Source: Candidatus Auribacterota bacterium (lineage in GTDB: Bacteria; Auribacterota; UBA6266). From it: a stretch of 9,478 nt of DNA. Below are positions 1 to 3,500 of the stretch, piece by piece (the stretch's first letter is position 1; every line of letters begins with the position of its first letter). Under the pieces are notes generated by a model. That model was not told the DNA's origin and did not search any database. It worked only from the letters and a program-made list of their open reading frames with translations. Location of the stretch: positions 1 through 9,478 of the forward strand of contig JAGLRQ010000103.1 in NCBI GenBank assembly GCA_023136205.1. The letters run 5' to 3'. The position numbers and the translations under genes are program-made.

Positions 1-279
1 TTCTTAAATGACGCAGATGTAGTTTTAGGAACAGCATTGAGTTCAAGTTATGGCGCTGACACGCCTTGGACATTAGCAACGGCGTCAGGTCTTGTGCCTG
101 TTGGGACAGTAAAGTTAAATGCCTACGCTTTAAGTGAGAATATGGGTATCGGTAGCAAGTCGGCCTATTTTGACGCTGCCGATCTTACTGTAACTCCGAT
201 TCCGGAACCAACCAGCTTGCTTTTGCTTGGTTCAGGATTGATAGGTCTGCTCGGATTCGCATGGAGAAAACGCAAATAA
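1..279 (+). CDS. 3' end of a PEP-CTERM-anchored secreted protein (5' part lies outside the window); CBM-like jelly-roll tail plus sorting signal
   Basis: Frame 1 is open from nt 1 (FLNDADVVLGTAL...), so the TTG at 37 in the ORF track is probably not the real start. Stop TAA at 277..279. The tail TASGLVPVGTVKLNAYALSENMGIGSKSAYFDAADLTV aligns with the ends of the three repeats in the next gene (e.g. TAAGVAPEGTVSVVVYCLSENMQTGAGCSAVNFDRGSIE). It ends with PIPEPTSLLLLGSGLIGLLGFAWRKRK. Confidence 0.85.
   Translation, partial: FLNDADVVLGTALSSSYGADTPWTLATASGLVPVGTVKLNAYALSENMGIGSKSAYFDAADLTVTPIPEPTSLLLLGSGLIGLLGFAWRKRK
196..276 (+). other. PEP-CTERM sorting signal (exosortase substrate motif)
   Basis: P-E-P motif (nt 202..210), then the hydrophobic helix TSLLLLGSGLIGLLGFAW, then the basic cluster RKRK directly at the C-terminus. 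This is the canonical three-part layout of the PEP-CTERM family (TIGR02595 / PF07589). Confidence 0.85.
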
Positions 280-282
280 AAC

Positions 283-299
283 TAAGCTGAATCAGCTTA
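283..299 (+). terminator. Candidate short hairpin just after the gene 1 stop codon
   Basis: taagctga-a-tcagctta: 8-nt arms that are perfect reverse complements (effective stem 6-7 bp once a loop opens), followed by tggttt. The T tract is weak. Confidence 0.3.
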
Positions 300-327
300 T
301 GGTTTATGTGTGTCAGATCTGAAGAGG

Positions 328-381
328 CGAGGGTCTCGATTGTTGAGGTTTTTATAAAACGTCAGGAACTCGAGGCCCTTG
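328..381. other. 54-nt nested imperfect palindrome / long stem-loop in the gene 1-gene 2 spacer
   Basis: Outer arms 328..339 (cgagggtctcga) and 370..381 (tcgaggcccttg) pair at all 12 positions as RNA (10 Watson-Crick plus 2 G-U). Inner hairpin 345..363 (gaggttttt-ata-aaacgtc region) has 8 pairs with one mismatch and a 3-nt loop. Confidence 0.45.
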
Positions 382-418
382 AGCTCAAAATTTTAACCCG
401 GATTTTACGTGCACTTTT

Positions 419-427
419 TGTTATAAT
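419..427 (+). promoter_or_regulatory. Candidate extended -10 promoter element for the large gene
   Basis: tgttataat matches the sigma70-type extended -10 consensus TGnTATAAT exactly, about 40 nt upstream of ATG 467. No convincing -35 hexamer at 17-bp spacing. The host promoter consensus is unknown. Confidence 0.3.
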
Positions 428-466
428 TGCTTTTTGGCTAAGTCCGGTATTTACAGGGTGTTATAA

Positions 467-550
467 ATGAAAAAAATGTGTTTGGTTAGTTTAACGCTTG
501 CTGCAACCGTATTTATCACTTTAATATCGTTGCCAAGCCCGGCAGCCGCG
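467..550 (+). other. Sec-type signal peptide of gene 2
   Basis: MKKMCLVSLTLAATVFITLISLPSPAAA|QT: basic N-region, hydrophobic core, AxA-type cleavage site. No lipobox Cys at the cleavage site. Confidence 0.8.
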
Positions 551-3500
551 CAGACAAATATTTTGCAAAACTACAGTTTTGAAGATAATACCGGCTGGGG
601 CGGTGAAGCTGTTCTTTGGGAAACGGGCGGCAACACGTCTGTCAGGGGAACTGTTGAGGCCAATTCTTGCCAGGGAGACTGGGCATTTAATATAGGCAAT
701 GATTTTGGCCCTGAGGACGCCGGTGCTTATACTCTTCAGGTTTTACTTGACCCCGACGATCTTGGTAATCTATACCCCGTTACTCATGGAGACAGGGTTA
801 TCTTTACCATGTGGATGACGGGAGAGACAAATTATACAGGAAATGCTCTTCTGAAAATTGAATTTTTTGACTATGATAGGCAAGGGGGATATAAAGGGGC
901 TCCTATACAGACCGTTACCAGTACCATCCATACGGGGGAATTTGGCTATCTCCAGGAGATTGTAACCGGTATTATTCCGGACGGGACAATTAGCATAGCC
1001 GTAGTTTGTTCAAGTGAAGCTATGGTCGTAGGCTCCGGATATTCAGCGGTCAATTTTGATGATGGCGCGGTAACAGTAATTGAAGAAAAGAATTTGTTGA
1101 TTAATAGTGGTTTTGAAGATAATACCGGTTGGGGTGGAGATGCCGCTTACTGGGCGAAGGATGGAGATGCCGCGTCCAACGGAACCATTGAAGCTAATGC
1201 TTATCAGGGGAGCTGGGCGTTTAATATAGGCAACGACGGCGGCCCGGCAAATGCCATTGGATACTGTTCTCAGGTCCTTCGAGACACTGACAATCCCGAG
1301 AATCCATACTCAGTCACGCAGGGAGAGATTATTACCTTTACTATGTGGATAACGGGGGAGGCAAATTATACAGGCAGTGCTTTTCTTGGAGTAGAGTTTT
1401 ATAATAATGCAAATGATCTTTTGCAGGTTTCCGCGAGCACCAGCCATACAGGAGGGTTTGATTATCTTCAGGAGATAGTGACCGGTGTCGCTCCTGATGG
1501 AGCGGTTAAGGCGGTTTTAGTTTGTGTAAGCGAGGATATGCAGCCAGGTTCCGGGTATTCAGCCGTTAATTTTGATGTCGGCCAGGTTGTTGTTCAGCCC
1601 GTTATGTTACCCAGGGAGGAAATCAGTCTTAATGGAATCTGGAATGTTCAGCCCTCCGAAGATGGAACACAGCCGCAGTATTTCGCATCTACAGCCCCCG
1701 TTCCCGGTTTTGTTGATTTAGCTGATCCTTCTATTGAAAATTGGAAGGATTATGATTATTTCTGGTATCGAAAGACCTTTACTTTAAGCCCGTTACAAGA
1801 GCATCTTCAAGCTTTTATAAATATAAGGCAAAGCAGATACGGAACAACTGTATGGCTTAATACTGAAGAGCTGGGCAGTTATATCAGCTGTTATACTTCT
1901 CAGAAGTATGATGCTTCAAACGCTATAAAATATGACGGCGAAAACGTGCTTATGGTAAAGGTTGGGCAAAAGAGAACGTTGCCGCCTGAAAGTGCTGTTG
2001 GATACGATTATGAGGAAACAACAGAAGAAACAGATCCTGACAACGCGATTTATCCCCTGGGTATCTGGGGAGATGTTTCCTTAATCCTTACTCATAATCC
2101 AACCATAGAAAGAGTTTTAATAACACCTGATATTAACGCTCATACGGCCGAGGCCAAAATAACTATAAAAAATTCAGGAACCATTGCTCAGGAAATTACT
2201 ATATCCTCAAAAGCGTACGAAAAATCCACAAACAATCCGGTTTCAGCTGAAATAACAACAGATTACATTATATCGGCTTTTGAGGAAAAGACCTGTTCCT
2301 TGAACATTCCTATAGAAAATATGAAACTCTGGTCTCCGGACAACCCCTTCCTTTATAAAATAATCACGAAGGTAAAGCTTGGCGGGACAGCCGAGGCTGA
2401 TACTTTAACTTCTACCTTTGGCATGAGAGAATTTACAATAGCCGGCTCGGACTTTTTGTTGAATAATAAACGTATTGTCTTAAAAGGCGGTAATATTTGC
2501 TTTCATCGATTTATGTCTGACCCTGAAAGAACGGATTTGGTCTGGGATGGCGACTGGATAAAAAATATTCTGATTGATATTCCCAAGGAACACAATTTCA
2601 ATTTTTTTCGCGTTCATTTAGGACACGCTTATAATAAGTGGTATGACATCGCGGATGAATACGGAATAATGCTTGAAGATGAGTGGGCATTTCGTTCTTC
2701 GACTAGATATCCTTTCAGATGGGGCCCCGGCCCTGCTTGTGGTTCCATAACCCAGTTAAGGCGAGAGTTTACTCAATGGCTTTATGATAACTACAATCAT
2801 CCCAGTATTATTATCTGGGACCCGCAAAATGAACCTCATGATGGAGGTGACATAACCAGAGATATTATAAGAGAAATAATTATACCTGAAATGAAAGAAA
2901 TTGACCCAACCCGCCCTTGGGAATGGGGTATAAATATAAACATCGATTTTGAACCGGGGGCCTGGAATCCTATAGAATCTACCTTTGCCGAAGACCATCC
3001 TTATATTTATTCTAATGGGCCGGTATTAAATAAGCGGCGTTTTGGGTACGCGCGTTCTATAGATGATATGGCCAATAGTGATAAACCAACCTTGTTAAAT
3101 GAATTTCTTTGGTTTTGGCTGCATGATGACGGTTCGCTCTCTGATTTTACCGGAGCTATTGATCGACGCTGGCTTGGCAGATACGGTACTAACCAGCAGC
3201 GGTTGGACTTTCAATCATTTCTTGCTCTGGAATTAGGTGAGTTATGGAGAAGGTTGGATCTGGACGGGATAGCTCCTTTTAATTATTTTGGCAGGTCAGA
3301 ATCAGGTACCGGTAACTGGCTTACCGGCGACATGGCTGATCCGGGAGTTTTAGCTGTTATGACGGCTTTGAAAAATGTTTATGCTCCTTTTGGCGTGAGC
3401 ATTGAACTCTGGGACAGACATTTCACTCCTTCGGAGGAGAGAGATATAAATGTTTGTATATTTAATGACACAGACCAGTTTAAAAACGGGGTTTTAAATT

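Noticed and set aside
37-279. The 80-aa ORF in the track starting at TTG 37, read as a complete small gene
   Set aside because: The same frame is open back to nt 1 with sequence that continues the jelly-roll-like domain. There is no Shine-Dalgarno or signal peptide at 37. It is the tail of a larger gene cut by the window edge.
369-386. ctcgag and gagctc hexamer palindromes (XhoI/SacI-like sites) as cloning scars or restriction-modification targets
   Set aside because: They are simply part of the larger imperfect palindrome at 328..381. Isolated 6-bp palindromes are expected by chance and nothing else suggests vector sequence.
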